DNA of 64,000 nucleotides from Eledone cirrhosa (Eukaryota): the NCBI GenBank assembly GCA_964016885.1, contig OZ024741.1:159836001-159900000 (forward strand). Reading direction: 5' to 3'. Within the stretch, counting starts at the first letter, position 1. Every line of letters begins with the position of its first letter. This document shows, piece after piece, positions 1-13,100 of this stretch. The translations under genes were made by a program, and so were the position numbers. The notes under the pieces were generated by a model. It saw only the letters and a list, made by a program, of their open reading frames with translations, was not told the DNA's origin and ran no database searches.

Positions 1-801
1 TCTGTATAAAAATGGAGGAAAAAGTCTAGTGGTGTGTCCACGATAGACTAGGAGAGAAGAAATTACACACACACATCACACACATGCATACACATGCATA
101 CATATGTATGTAAGTTTATATATATGGCCTCAGCATGGCCTCTGCTGGATGGCTGAAACAGGTAAAAGAGGGTAAAAGAATATATCAGTATGTATACGTA
201 CATACATATATGTATACAGACGTACAGTAGTATGTATATATATACATACATGCATACATATATATATGTACGTATGGGTTTACCGGAGAACATTTATTAT
301 AATGTTCGGTTTGTTTGTAAACAAACAGCCCGAATTAAGCCGTACAGTGTTCGGCAACCATCGTTGCCATTTTGTTCAACACTGACAATATATATATATA
401 TCCAGGGAGTGTTACTTGGAGTTACTGTAGGTTCACCCGAGTGAGCACTCGATGTTTAGGTTCACTTCGAGGTGTAGGGTTAGACAGAGTGTATTATAGT
501 GAAATAAAACAAGGACGATTGGTTACTCCTTCATTATGTTTATGGGTTGGTGAAGCGCGTTTCGCCACTGATCAGCTCAAGGTTCGATCTGTATCGATCT
601 AGCCCGAAGGGGTTTGTCCGCCTGTGGCTGTGGGGAGGCCAGCACGTGGGACCCCATTTGCTCACCATACGGATTAATAGGCAAAGTTATAAACTATTGT
701 AAAAAATAAAAATAAAATCTCAGCTGTTGAAGCTGGACTCCTAGATAGACTTATCTATATACATCAAAGCTATTACCCATCCATTATACATGATCTCAAA
801 G

Positions 802-960
802 ACATTGCTTGTTGGTGTATACACGAACATTTTAACCTACAAATGAGTATTACTCCCACATCTGATACATTGCTTGTTGGTGTATACACGGATGTTTTAA
901 TCTACAATGGAACATATTTGATATCTGGAGCTATTTGCTGTGGAATACACGAACGTTCTA
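802..960. repeat. Degenerate ~65-bp tandem repeat (2-3 copies)
   Basis: ACATTGCTTGTTGGTGTATACACG at ~802 and ~868, with a weaker third copy at ~936. Confidence 0.75.
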
Positions 961-1499
961 TGGCCGTAACCAGAAAGGAAACCTGACAGACCGGCAATAA
1001 AAGTCTTTGGTTTCCTCCTTTTAACTTTTCTATGACCATTGTTCCTCCATTGCTCTGCTATCACATCCATCTCTCCTTGTTTCGTCACCAACATCCCCGA
1101 TTCTTATTCCATTATGTGCAGTCCTTCTTCCTCGGACCGCCATATATTTCCCGTTGTTGTCGATATGAATTATTCAAGAATAACATCAATAACATTGACC
1201 CCACCTGTATATATATATCCTTCTAGTTTCATACGGACATATAAACACACACACACATACGCACACACACACACACACACACACACATACCCCCCCCACA
1301 CACACGAAAGCGCACACGTACAACTCTATACAGAACGTTTCTTTTCTTTTCAGATAGACTCACTCGATCAACACCTTTTCAAAAAGTATATCATACACAA
1401 AACGCCAGCATCAATAGTTTTCCAAGAGATGGCAACATGAATGGACCTGTTATTCTTCTCCTCAATCTTTCTATTTCTTCTTTACTTTCTCATTCTATT

Positions 1500-1535
1500 T
1501 TATGATGAAAGACTAGCGTCCGAAACGTTAAGACT
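1500..1535 (+). ncRNA. Degenerate minimal hammerhead-like motif
   Basis: ATGATGA-A-GAC-tagc-GTC-C-GAAAC-GTT with palindromic AACGTT. C3 is mutated to A and stem II is imperfect. Confidence 0.35.
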
Positions 1536-1845
1536 CTTTCCTACTATATCAAGCGGTAAACTGTGTCGTTTGCTTTCTTATTTCTGCTTATCATTTGCAT
1601 ATATATATATATATATTTAATACATTAACAGAGACAGCTTTAAGCAATACTCCGACCGACTTCCGTCTCACTCAACAAACATTAGGATATACCTTAGTAT
1701 AATCCCAATTATACGTTTGGGGTGTTAACTATACGTATTTTGCGGATAGCCAGTTGTATTATTTTATATGAGACATAATTAAATACATCCCTCCTTCCAA
1801 ACGATCGTTTCATTATAAGTATATATATATTTATAGGGCAGTAGC

Positions 1846-2540
<695 letters not shown>

Positions 2541-2892
2541 AAAATATATATATATACATATACATATATAGATACATACATAAATATAGTCACACTACTA
2601 TCCAAAGTATCGAGTACTCTGCTGAATAATGGTCTTACAAGCTTAATACTGGTATAATCTTGATGTATATATGTATATATATATATGAATAAAGTTAGTC
2701 CTTCATCAGTGATCTTCCAACCATCATTGGTATTTCATCGCTTTAAAGACCATATACCTCCGGTTGTTGCGAGCAACGGCTAAAGAAAGTCGTTGGGACA
2801 CGTAAATAAGGGGAACGAGCGAGAATGTAAACAAAGAAAGATGGTAAAGCAACGAAAAGTGAGGAAGAAAGAGTCAAGTCCCAGATTTCCAT

Positions 2893-3132
2893 GAATATAA
2901 GTTCGGTGAAATCGTGAACGAGAGAGAATAAAGACCATCAAACCTAGTCGAAATGTAAGCAAGGAAGGAATTCCGCACATGTCAAACGGGAGGAAGAAGG
3001 AGCCCAGTCCGTGAATTCGGTGAACATAAGTTCTGTGAAATCGTAGACAAGAGAGAAAAAAGGAACAACCAGCCTGGTCAAGCGTGCGCGAGAAAAGAAT
3101 TACGCACAGGTCAAACGGGAGGAAGTAGGAGA
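2893..3132. repeat. Diverged ~130-bp direct tandem duplication
   Basis: GAATATAAGTTCGGTGAAATCGT...CGCACATGTCAAACGGGAGGAAGAAGGAG versus GAACATAAGTTCTGTGAAATCGT...CGCACAGGTCAAACGGGAGGAAGTAGGAG. Confidence 0.85.
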
Positions 3133-3155
3133 GGTAGTAGCAGAGAGTGAGTGAG

Positions 3156-3318
3156 TATATTGAGTCGTCAAGTATGAAATTTGTAGAAATATGTTTTTTT
3201 TCTAAACATTTCTATAAATTTCATACAAGTATGAAATTTCAAACAAGTATGAAATTTATAGAAACGTGTAGAAAAAAAACATATTTCTACAAATTTCATA
3301 CTTGATGACTCAATATAT
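3156..3318. repeat. Near-perfect ~70-bp-arm palindrome
   Basis: TATATTGAGTCGTCAAGTATGAAATTTGTAGAAATATGTTTTTTTTCTA... pairs with ...TAGAAAAAAAACATATTTCTACAAATTTCATACTTGATGACTCAATATA. Confidence 0.9.
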
Positions 3319-4624
3319 ATATATACATATATACATCAAGATTTCGCCAGTATTAAGCTTGTAAGTATTCAGCAGAGTACTCGATACTTTGGATAGTAGT
3401 GTGACTATATTTATGTATCTATATATGTATATGTATATATATATTTTTTTAAATATATATATATACATATATACATCAAGTTGCTTAAACTTTAATCTGT
3501 TATTTTAATAAATATATATGTGTGTGTGTGTGCGTGTGTGCGTGTGTGTATGTATGTATCTGAGTGTTTCTATTAAATTAACCTTCACCACATCACCACC
3601 ACCATGACCACCATCACTCCCACCACTACTATCCCCACTACCACTAGCATCATCTACTTTAAAAATGCCCCTACAATATCTCACCTCTCTGTTTCTCTCT
3701 TAGTTCTCCTATTTCACCTCTCACCTCCCACATTTCATTGGCCACCTCTCACTTTTTACCTTTCACCTTTCATCTCCCACCTCGTAGTTTCTATCAATTG
3801 CTTATCATCTTTCGTCTCACACCTCTCCTCTTTCATCTCTCACCTCACATCTCGTAACCTCTCACACCTCACCTCTCAGCTTTCGCCTCTCACATCTGCT
3901 GCAGAAGGATTAAGTAATATATTTAGTGTAAGGTTTGGATGGGATGTAACATAGGGAGTATTGGGAGAGAGAGAGGAGGGGGAGGGAGTGTGTTGTGGTT
4001 AAACCAGGTCGGCTTAGCTGGTTTTGGTAAGTCATATGTTCAAACGCATTCCAGCCATGACCATCTCATTTTTTTTCTATGTGAAGGTCTACATTGTTTA
4101 ACACCTTTCTTTAAAATATATGATTTGACGATTAGGCTGCTAATTTTAGCAAGTCTAAAGTTATCTGGGAGACACTTTCGTTAACCTGTAATGACAGTTG
4201 GAGAGAAAGATAAAGGATATAGAGATTAGACGTGTGAACGGTTGCTGGCATGGTTATGAATACCTTGTGGTAGTTATCAAGTTCGAATTGTATAGACCCA
4301 CTCTTGTTACTTTCATCGTCATAAATGTAGCGAACCAGTGATTAGCCTACTAGAAACTTATTAACAGCGATGCTATTAATCACGAAAGGTTGTTGGAGAT
4401 AAACTATATAAAATAGTGTTTCAGTGTTTGTTGTTCTATCAGATAGTGTTCCCCTTTAATGTGAGTTTGATTGTATGTATAGCAGCATCACTTTCCTATG
4501 GATATATAAGCTGTACTTCTACATCAGTCTTACATGAATCAGCTTTGTAGAGATCCACCAACTCATTAGAGTTAATGCATTGGCGGTTTTTACAGTGGCT
4601 TAGAAGAGAGACTCTCCTATTAAT

Positions 4625-4890
4625 TTGAACTAAAGTGTTTGAGCTTAGCAGAAATGCTCATCAACTAATTTAGCTTAGTATTTGAGCTTAGAAGCGAGGC
4701 TTACTAAATGGTTTGATCTTAAGTGTTTGAGCATAGCAGACGGAGTTACCAACTGATTTAGACTGATTTAGACTAAAGAATTTGAACTTGGCAAAGAGGC
4801 TCACGATTTGGAGTTTAGTAGAGAAGGTCACCACCTGATTTAGATTTGAGCTTAACAGAGAGGTTTATTAACTGAATTGGACTAAAGTAG
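4625..4890. repeat. Old degenerate ~45-bp minisatellite
   Basis: Recurrent (CTAAAG)TGTTTGAGCTTAGCAGA...CAACTGATTTAG units. Confidence 0.6.
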
Positions 4891-5071
4891 TTCCTGCTCT
4901 TAAAATTAGATTTTGTCAATCTGTCTCTGTGTGTGTAGCATCATTACAGAATATATCTTGTCTAGGTTGTCTCTAAAATCAAAGACAAGTCTTTATCATA
5001 GTTTCGGTTGTTCTTGTTTTTGTATGTGTGGCATCATCACTTACCCATACACACACAGACAAATACACATG

Positions 5072-5540
<469 letters not shown>

Positions 5541-5584
5541 GACTGGGCCTTAAGAAAACAACTTTAATTATATTTTTTCTGCTT

Positions 5585-5705
5585 TTGGCACGGATCCAGC
5601 GACTGGTCCAGCGCATCACTGGTACTCTCTTTTGTTGACCCCGTGGGGATGAAAGGCAAGGTTGACCTCGGCGGGATTTAAGCTCAGAGCGTGGAGAGCC
5701 ATAAC
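5585..5705 (-). mobile_element. tRNA-derived SINE fragment, octopus type (Nin/Deu-like core)
   Basis: The - strand reads GCTCTGAGCTTAAATCCCGCCGAGGTCAACCTTGCCTTTCATCCCCACGGGGTCAACAAAAGAGAGTACCAGT: a degenerate B-box followed by the GCCTTTCATCC..GGGGTC..AGTACCAG core typical of cephalopod SINEs. Confidence 0.7.
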
Positions 5706-5824
5706 TCTATGCTGTAAAGCAATTATAATAATACTGGACTGTAATACGAACGGCTTCAACTATACAAACTCTTGAAAGTCAACAGTTGACATAATCTTGT
5801 AATCTTGTTTCAGTAATGACGGTA

Positions 5825-5856
<32 letters not shown>

Positions 5857-6004
5857 AAGTGAGTAGCGTGTGTGTGTTTGTTTGTATGTATGAGTGTTGC
5901 TGTGTGCGCGCGTATGTATGCGTGTGTGTGCACGCATATGTATGCGCGTGTGTGTATGTCGTACGTATAAGTGTCAATAAGTGAGTTTTTTTTTTTTTTT
6001 TTTT

Positions 6005-6290
6005 GCGCGGGGACATAGAAATAATCGGGCTGGATGCCCGATCGCGCAGTTAAACCACTGGGAGTGAAGAACCCCTAGCCCTTGTCAGGCATTCTTCTAG
6101 GAGAGAGCATCTCAGGAAACTGGGTTAACTCCGACATAAAACCTGCGGCTCAGTAGTTACCGATGATGTTGATCTTTTCTTCTTTTCGGGTTATAGCTAC
6201 TGTCGCTCAGAGAGTGGGATTGGCTCAGTGCACAGTCTTTCCTCACTTTAAAAATATTCGCCACGCACAGGCATTGCACGAGTGCATTAA
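6005..6290 (+). mobile_element. Probable RTE 5'-UTR-like segment (or RTE-derived SINE piece)
   Basis: Complex, GC-richer island between a poly-T and the (TTA)n tract. It contains CTAGGAGA...AACTCCGACATAAAACC and CTTTCCTCACTTTAAAAA, which resemble RTE 5' UTR sequence as I recall it (not searched). Confidence 0.45.
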
Positions 6291-6308
6291 TAATTATTAA
6301 TAGTGTAC

Positions 6309-6354
<46 letters not shown>

Positions 6355-6355
<1 letters not shown>

Positions 6356-9300
6356 CTTGAATCTCAGTCATTGATGTTGGTTAACTGGAAAGTCCGTTGG
6401 ATTGAATATCAAGCCACTACCTGCAGCCTCAGATATTCAGGACGTATCGGAGGGTTCTTGCCGTTCCAAGCAAGCATGCCTTTTGAAGCGTTCCAAAAAG
6501 CGTGAAGGGGCCGATTTTCTTTAACCATCCCTGGAAACCTTTGGAGATAGTCCCCAGTGCGCCTATGACAATCGGGATCACTTTGACTTCATGGCAGTTC
6601 CAAATCCTTTTCACCTCCCACTTTAGGTCCTGGTATCGGTTAATTTTCTCCCTCTCCTTCTCTTGCACTCTCGTGTCGAACGGGCAGGCCACATCCACAA
6701 TCAGGCACGATCTTTTTTCTTTGTCCACAACCACCAGGTCAGGTCTATTGTGTTCCAGTTTTTTGTCCGTCTGTATCCTAAAATCCCACAGCACCTTCAC
6801 CTGACTGTTCTCCATCACCGCCTCTGGCCTATGCTCATACCATTTCTCAGAATGTGGTAGATTGTTTACTTTGCACAGGTGCCAGTGGATCACCCTGCCC
6901 ATCACATCGTGTCTCCAGCCCTTATAGTGGGTCTGGGCTAGGTGTTTACACTCGGACACAATGTGGGCCACAGTCTCCTCTCTCTCTCCACAGATCCTGC
7001 ACAGTGGGCTAGCCTCCTCCTTGTAGATATGGTGCTTCAACCACTTCGTTTTGAGGGCCTGCTCCTGCGCAGCCATTAGCATTCCTTCTGTAGCCTTTTT
7101 GAGGTCTCCTCTTCTCAATCAGTTCCATGTCTGTGGATCTCTAAATTCAGTTTTCTCAAAGAAGGTACTATGAAGGGATTTTCCCTTAAGGCTGCTCTTC
7201 CTCCTTGATGTTATTTCCTCCTTGGATATCCCCTGGCCTACTGTCCCCTCCTTCAGTACAGCTCTGAGCATTGGCTCCTTACTATAGGTCACGTATTTGT
7301 ATAGGTTGTTTTTCTCCATCTGAACACAGTCCTCTATGCTGATAAGACCTCTTCCACCCTCAGATCTCCTTAGGTAGAGTCTATCGACATCACTCCTCTT
7401 GTGGAACATGTTGTAGATAGTCAATAGCTTCCTAGTCTTCCTATCCATTTCTTTTTGTTCAGCAACATTCCATCTCAGAATTCCCGCACTGTACCTAATA
7501 ATAGACACAGCTCGGGAATTTACTGCGCTTATGGCATTTCTGCTGTTCAGATGTGACTTCAATACGCTCCTTACTCTCCGAATGTATTCAGTTCTTAACA
7601 ATTCCTTCATTTTTTTGTTCTTTATGCCATCAGCCTCCAGAACGCCCAAATACTTGTATCCTTCCTCAGAGTCAATTTCCTTTATCATCTCACCTGTTGG
7701 TATCTGGATCCCGTTACTTCTGCTCAACCTACCCCTCCTCATCACAATGACTCCACATTTACCAATACCAAACTGCATACATATATCACTGCTGAAAATA
7801 CGGACAGTGTCAACAAGCACATCCAACTCCTTCTCACTTTTCCCGAAGAGCTTGAGATCGTCCATGAAGAGGAGGTGATTGATGGTAAGCTCTCCCCTTC
7901 CCAACTTGTATCCTGCTCTCACTTTTCGCAGCATAATGGTCAAGGGCATCAGGGCAAGGACAAACAACAGAGGGGACAGGCTATCTCCCTGGAAGATACC
8001 TCTCTTGATCTTCACGCTTCCCAAGGATACTCCAGTTGATGTCAACTCTGTCTCCCAGGACCCCATACTCCTGCCCAGCAACTGTCTGATGTTATCTGCC
8101 ACCCTGAAGATCTCCAGGCTTTTGGTGATCCAGGAATGAGGCACCATGTCAAATGCCTTTCTGTAGTCTATCCATCCCATGGCAAGATCAGTGTGTCTCC
8201 TCCTGCAATTCCCCATTACCATCTTATCAATAAGCAACTGGTCCTTTGTACCACGTGACTTCTTTCGGCATCCTTTCTGTTCGTCCGGTAACAAGTTGTT
8301 TGTGTGGAGGTGATGGTAGATTTCCTCAGACACAATGCTCGTCAACAGTTTCCACATTACGGGCAGACATGTGATAGGTCTATAGTTGGTAACATCATTA
8401 CCCTTGCTTCGGTCTTTCATTATCAGAACTGTGGTACCTTTTGTCAACCACTCTGGCACCTCACCCGATACCAAGCAGTCATTGAACATGGCCGTCAGCT
8501 TCGGGTGGAGGGATGTTAAATGTTTAATCCAATACCCCTGCACACCATCTGGGCCTGGTGATTTCCAGTTGGTTAGTTTTTTGGCTTGCCCCTTAAGAGT
8601 TTCAACTGTGATACTCAAATCAGTCTGTTGTTGTGCCTGCTCACCGATCTCCCTCTGTACTGTCTCAATCCACCCTGCCTGGGCATTGTGTCTAACATCC
8701 TGCTCCCATATTCCTCTCCAGAATGTTTTAGCTTGTTCCGCCCCAGGGATCGAGTCGTTGCCTCTTTCTTTCCCCTCAAGCTGTCCAAACAGCATCTTCT
8801 GGTTGTTGTCGAACATGCGGTTCTGTTTATACTGACTGACTCTGTTCTCGTATCGCCTGATTTTGGCACTCTTTGCTACAATGCGTTGCTTCAATTCCTC
8901 TATGATAATATTTAGCTTTTTACTCCTAGTTTTGTATTTTATTTCCAGTCTATTTTTAGTGCCTATGTTTTTTAGTGTCCCATTCAGTAGTGACTCAAGC
9001 TTTCCTATGTCATTTCTCATTTCCCCGATTTGCCCACTCAGTCGCTTCTTCCACCACGGCTCTGCTCTTTCTTGTCTGTTGTTTCCTCTCGCTTTTATAC
9101 CAAGTAGTTTCCTCACCGTATTTGCTGTTGCTTTGAGGATATTGTTGCACTGGTGAAGACTCCTCGCCTCAAGGTATGGGATGACTTTGTTTACCTTAGC
9201 TGTTGTTTCTTTTAACTTTTTCCTGTCTACAAATCTTAGGTTCATAGGTCTCCCACTATCATTGTTCAACTCATCTACCACTAAATTTAGGATGTCAACC

Positions 9301-9985
9301 GAATCTTGTCCTAGCCCGTCAGCATTCATCTCCTCAGTGGCCGTATCTCTGTTCCAGGTATTATTTATCTCAGTATTCAGATCATTGTCTGCTTCGGGTG
9401 GTTCCTCCGTTCTCAGGACCTCCTCACCTTCATTTCCCGCCGGCTCGCTTGTCTGGCATACTACACCCGCCATCTCCAAGCCATTCTCTCTGCTCAATTC
9501 CTCCAGTTCCAGCTCGCTTATCCACCCATTAGTTCTTATTACCCGAGCCTGCCCGGCCAATTTTTGTTCATCTAATTTAAATAAACCAATCTCGTTCCAG
9601 ATGTTATGCATCCGTCTCCTGTAGCCCCTCTCCTTGGGGTTACTTTTCAGGTAGCATTGCATAACAGTTCTATTCAATTCTTTCGTCCAGTTGGTTCTGG
9701 CCCCTTTCCTTCTTCTTCTTCCTCCAACATCAGCAGTATTTGGTTGACAGTCAGGTTCCTGCTGCTGAGCCAGGGGGCACCTGTTGGGTGAGAGTCTGTC
9801 ACATGACGTTCTAGTCTCCATTTCACCGTTATTCGAACTGTTTATGTTCGATATTTAAACACTCTTATCGAGGATTGGCGAACGTATGTTTACATAGCCA
9901 TCTGTGGATCCGCCATCCCACTTGGCCCTTGTGTGGCATTATCACCACGCTGTATACGGACACACATAAATAAACAAACACACAA
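6355..9985 (-). mobile_element. R4/Dong-type non-LTR retrotransposon (RT + restriction-like endonuclease), apparently full length, inserted in a (TAA)n microsatellite
   Basis: Single long reading frame 9821->6429 with RT and RLE motifs. Short 3' UTR (6428-6355) is followed on the - strand by a (TAA)n tract (6354-6309), and (TAA)n is also present at the 5' side (~9985-10100). TAA-repeat targeting is the known behaviour of Dong elements. Confidence 0.9.
6429..9821 (-). pseudogene. Dong/R4 ORF (~1130 aa: N-terminal Myb-like domain, RT, CCHC knuckle, PD-(D/E)xK RLE) interrupted by one in-frame TGA at 7121-7119
   Basis: ORFs 7119..9821 and 6429..7118 are contiguous and in frame (QTWN*LRRGDLK). 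Motifs: WTKELN..CY..GYRRRMHNIW; KSPGPDG; NYRPITCL; EQKG; WIDYRKAFD; GIFQGDSLSP; HLLFMDD; YKYLG; CRIC..ETVAHIVSEC; RHD; RPDLVV..DVACP..EKINRY. Confidence 0.92.
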
Positions 9986-10048
9986 TTATTATTATTATTA
10001 TTATTGTTATTAAATTATTATTATTATTATTAAATAAACAAACACACA

Positions 10049-10084
<36 letters not shown>

Positions 10085-10122
10085 GTTACTATTATTATTA
10101 CCTTTTTTTTTTTTTTTTTTTT

Positions 10123-13100
10123 CCAATTCAATGATGTTCCAGAACAATATAAAAGAGATAATTGGCAATTTAGGTTCTGGAACAAAAAAGATAATTGGCA
10201 ATAAGGGCAGGGGCCCCAGGTTATCACAGCCTGGGCCCGCTCGTCATCGTGCCATTGTAATAGAGCCAAACAAGGCATTTAGTCTTGGCTGCTGGAACGT
10301 ACGGACGCTGCTTGACAGGGATTCCTTGGAGCGTCCTGAACGAAGGCCCGCTCTTGTTGCAAAGGAGCTTCGACGTTACGATCTTGACATCGTGGCTTTA
10401 TCTGAGACGAGGTTAGCTGGAGATGGTCATCTTACGGAATTTTGTGGAGAATATACATTCTTCTGGAAAGGAAGAGATGAGGGAACCAGAAGAGAGGCTG
10501 GGGTAGGATTTGCTGTTAAGACTGTACTTGTGAATAAATTAGAACAATTCCCAGTAGGGATTAGTGAGCGTCTTATGTCCATGAGAATTCCGCTGGACAA
10601 AGGAAGATATGCGACCCTGGTGAGTGTGTATGCTTCAACTATGAATTCTGTCGATGAAGAAAAAGTGTCCTTTTACCATGCCTTGAAAGGTGTTTTAAGA
10701 AATATCCCTCAGGCAGACAAAGTCATCGTGCTTGGTGACTTTAATGCTAGAGTGGGTACGCCCAAAAGTGAAACTAATCACTAAACGTAAAATCCGGGCT
10801 TCTGGTGTTGCCCTGCCCAAAAGATTGAATGCTGCTCGTCTTAAGGATAAAAATGTGAAGAGGACATTGGAAGAAGAGATGCAGGCTGCAGATCTTGGTG
10901 AGGATTGGCCGGTCCTTAAAAAGTCGGTTTATGATGTAGGCAGGCGTGTTCTGGGATTGGTGCAGAGAAAACATCAGGACTGGTTTAATGAGAATGATGT
11001 ACATATAGAAGACTTGTTGGCTGATAAGAGGCGTCCTCTGTCACGCTACTTGACGGCAAAACCACAGGAGAGGAATGCGTTGCATGAGGAACTCAAGGAT
11101 GTAAAATCACGTGTTAGGCGGAGTCTTTCTCATATGAAGGATCAGTGGTGGAGTGAGAAGGCTGGTGAGATACAAACTGCGTCAGATTCCAATAACACAA
11201 AGCTGCTGTACAGTCTCTTGCGTGATGTTTATGGATCGTCTTCTTCTCTGGTGACACCGCTTCGCAGCAAGGATGGCAAAGAACTTCTTCGTGACTCACA
11301 AGGAATTCTACGAAGGTGGCGAGAGCACTTTGATGATCTTTTGAATCAGTCGTCTGTCGTCAGTGAAGATTTCCTCAATCTCATTCTAGAAAGTCCTGTG
11401 AAAGTAGCTCTCGCAGAACCTCCGACGCTTGTGGAGGTTGCAGTGGCTATTTCGAATCTGAACAGTGGAAGATCTCCAGGTATGGATGGCATACATGCTG
11501 AGCTCCTACAATGTGGTAGTGAGAGACTCCTGCAACATCTTCACTCTTTGTTTGGCAGTATATGGGCTAATGAATCCGTACCTGAGGACTGGAGAGATGC
11601 AGTAATGGTGGTCTTGTACAAGGGAAAGGGTAACAGGAATGTTTGTGGGAACTACAGAGGTATATCATTGCTTTCTGTCGTAGGGAAAGTTTTATGTAGG
11701 GTGCTTCTGGACCGTCTGCTGACACACATTGCAAATTTTGTTCTTCCTGAAAGTCAATCTGGTTTTCGTGCTGGACGCGGCACTACTGATATGATCTTCT
11801 CAGCTAGACAGCTCCAGGAGAAGTGCATGGAACAAGGCTTGGATCTGTATCAGGTTTTTGTCGATCTGACAAAAGCTTTCGATACTGTTAACAGAGATGC
11901 ATTATGGAAGGTTCTCCAGAAACTTGGTTGCCCTGATAAGTTCCTTGCTTTAGTTAGATCTTTCCATGACGACATGAAGGCTTGTGTTAATGTCGGAGGT
12001 AACATGTCGGAGCCTATCTCAGTAAAAAATGGAGTGAAACAGGGGGATATTCCAGCACCGACCCTGTTTGCCATATACTTTGCAATGGTTTTCTGTATTG
12101 CATTCAGGAATTGCGAGCATGGTGTTTACATCCGATATCGAACCTCAGGCAGCATATTTAACATCAGGCGCTTTGCTGCAAAGACAAAAGTATTTACATC
12201 AATCATAAGAGACCTCTTGTATGCAGATGATTGCGATCTTGTAGCGCACACAGAGAGTGATATGCAGCACATTTTGAATGCATTTTCTGACGCTTGCACT
12301 GCTCTAGGATTGACTGTCTGTCTCAAGAAAACCGTCGTCATGTACCAACCTGCCCCCGGTAAGCAGTACACTGAACCAAACATCTATGTGTATGGTAAAC
12401 GACTTGGAGTGGTTGATCAGTTTGTCTACCTGGGAAGCACTGTCAATCGATACGGCAACCTTGACAGTGAAATCTCACTTAGCATTAGGAAAGCAAGTGA
12501 TGCTTTCGGAAAGCTAGAAAGGCGACTCTGGGGTCGGCGAGACATATGCAGGAGGACAAAGGTAAAGGTGTACAGGGCATGTGTGCTCTCTTGTCTTCTT
12601 TATGCCTGCGAGACCTGGGTCACATATCGACACCACCTTAAGCAATTGGAGCGTTTCCATCAGATGTGTCTCAGACGGATCCATGGCGTTCGCTGGAGGG
12701 ACCACATCAGTGATGTCGAGATTTTGGAAAGCTCTATGTGTGACAGTATAGAAGCTCTTGTGCTTAAGCAACGACTCCGTTGGAGTGGTCACCTTGCCAG
12801 GATAAAGGATTCTAGAATACCAAAACAACTCTTTTATGGAGAGTTGGTTAAAGGAAAACGACCGCCACATAAACCAAAAAAGAGGTATAAGGATTCCTTG
12901 AAAGCCTCTCTGAAAGACGCTAACTGCTGATACATGGGAAAATATTGCTGCTGATCGTAATAAATGGAGAAAGACTGTATATGAGGGAAAAGTTGCCTTT
13001 GAGGAATCTCGAATCGCATACGAGAAAGTAAAGCGGGATGTGAGGAAGGGCATTGCTGTTGCACTTCCAGACGGCGAGGGTCCTCCTATGGTGCTGACAT

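Larger units (their letters stand above)
2545..3450. repeat. Inverted repeat, arms ~2545-2686 and ~3314-3450
   Basis: ATAGTCACACTACTATCCAAAGTATCGAGTACTCTGCTGAATA (~2586) is the reverse complement of TATTCAGCAGAGTACTCGATACTTTGGATAGTAGTGTGACTAT (~3366). Confidence 0.9.

Noticed and set aside
9870-9960. HDV-like ribozyme in the Dong 5' UTR
   Set aside because: Small stems exist, but I could not assemble P1/P1.1/P2/P3 on the element's sense strand.
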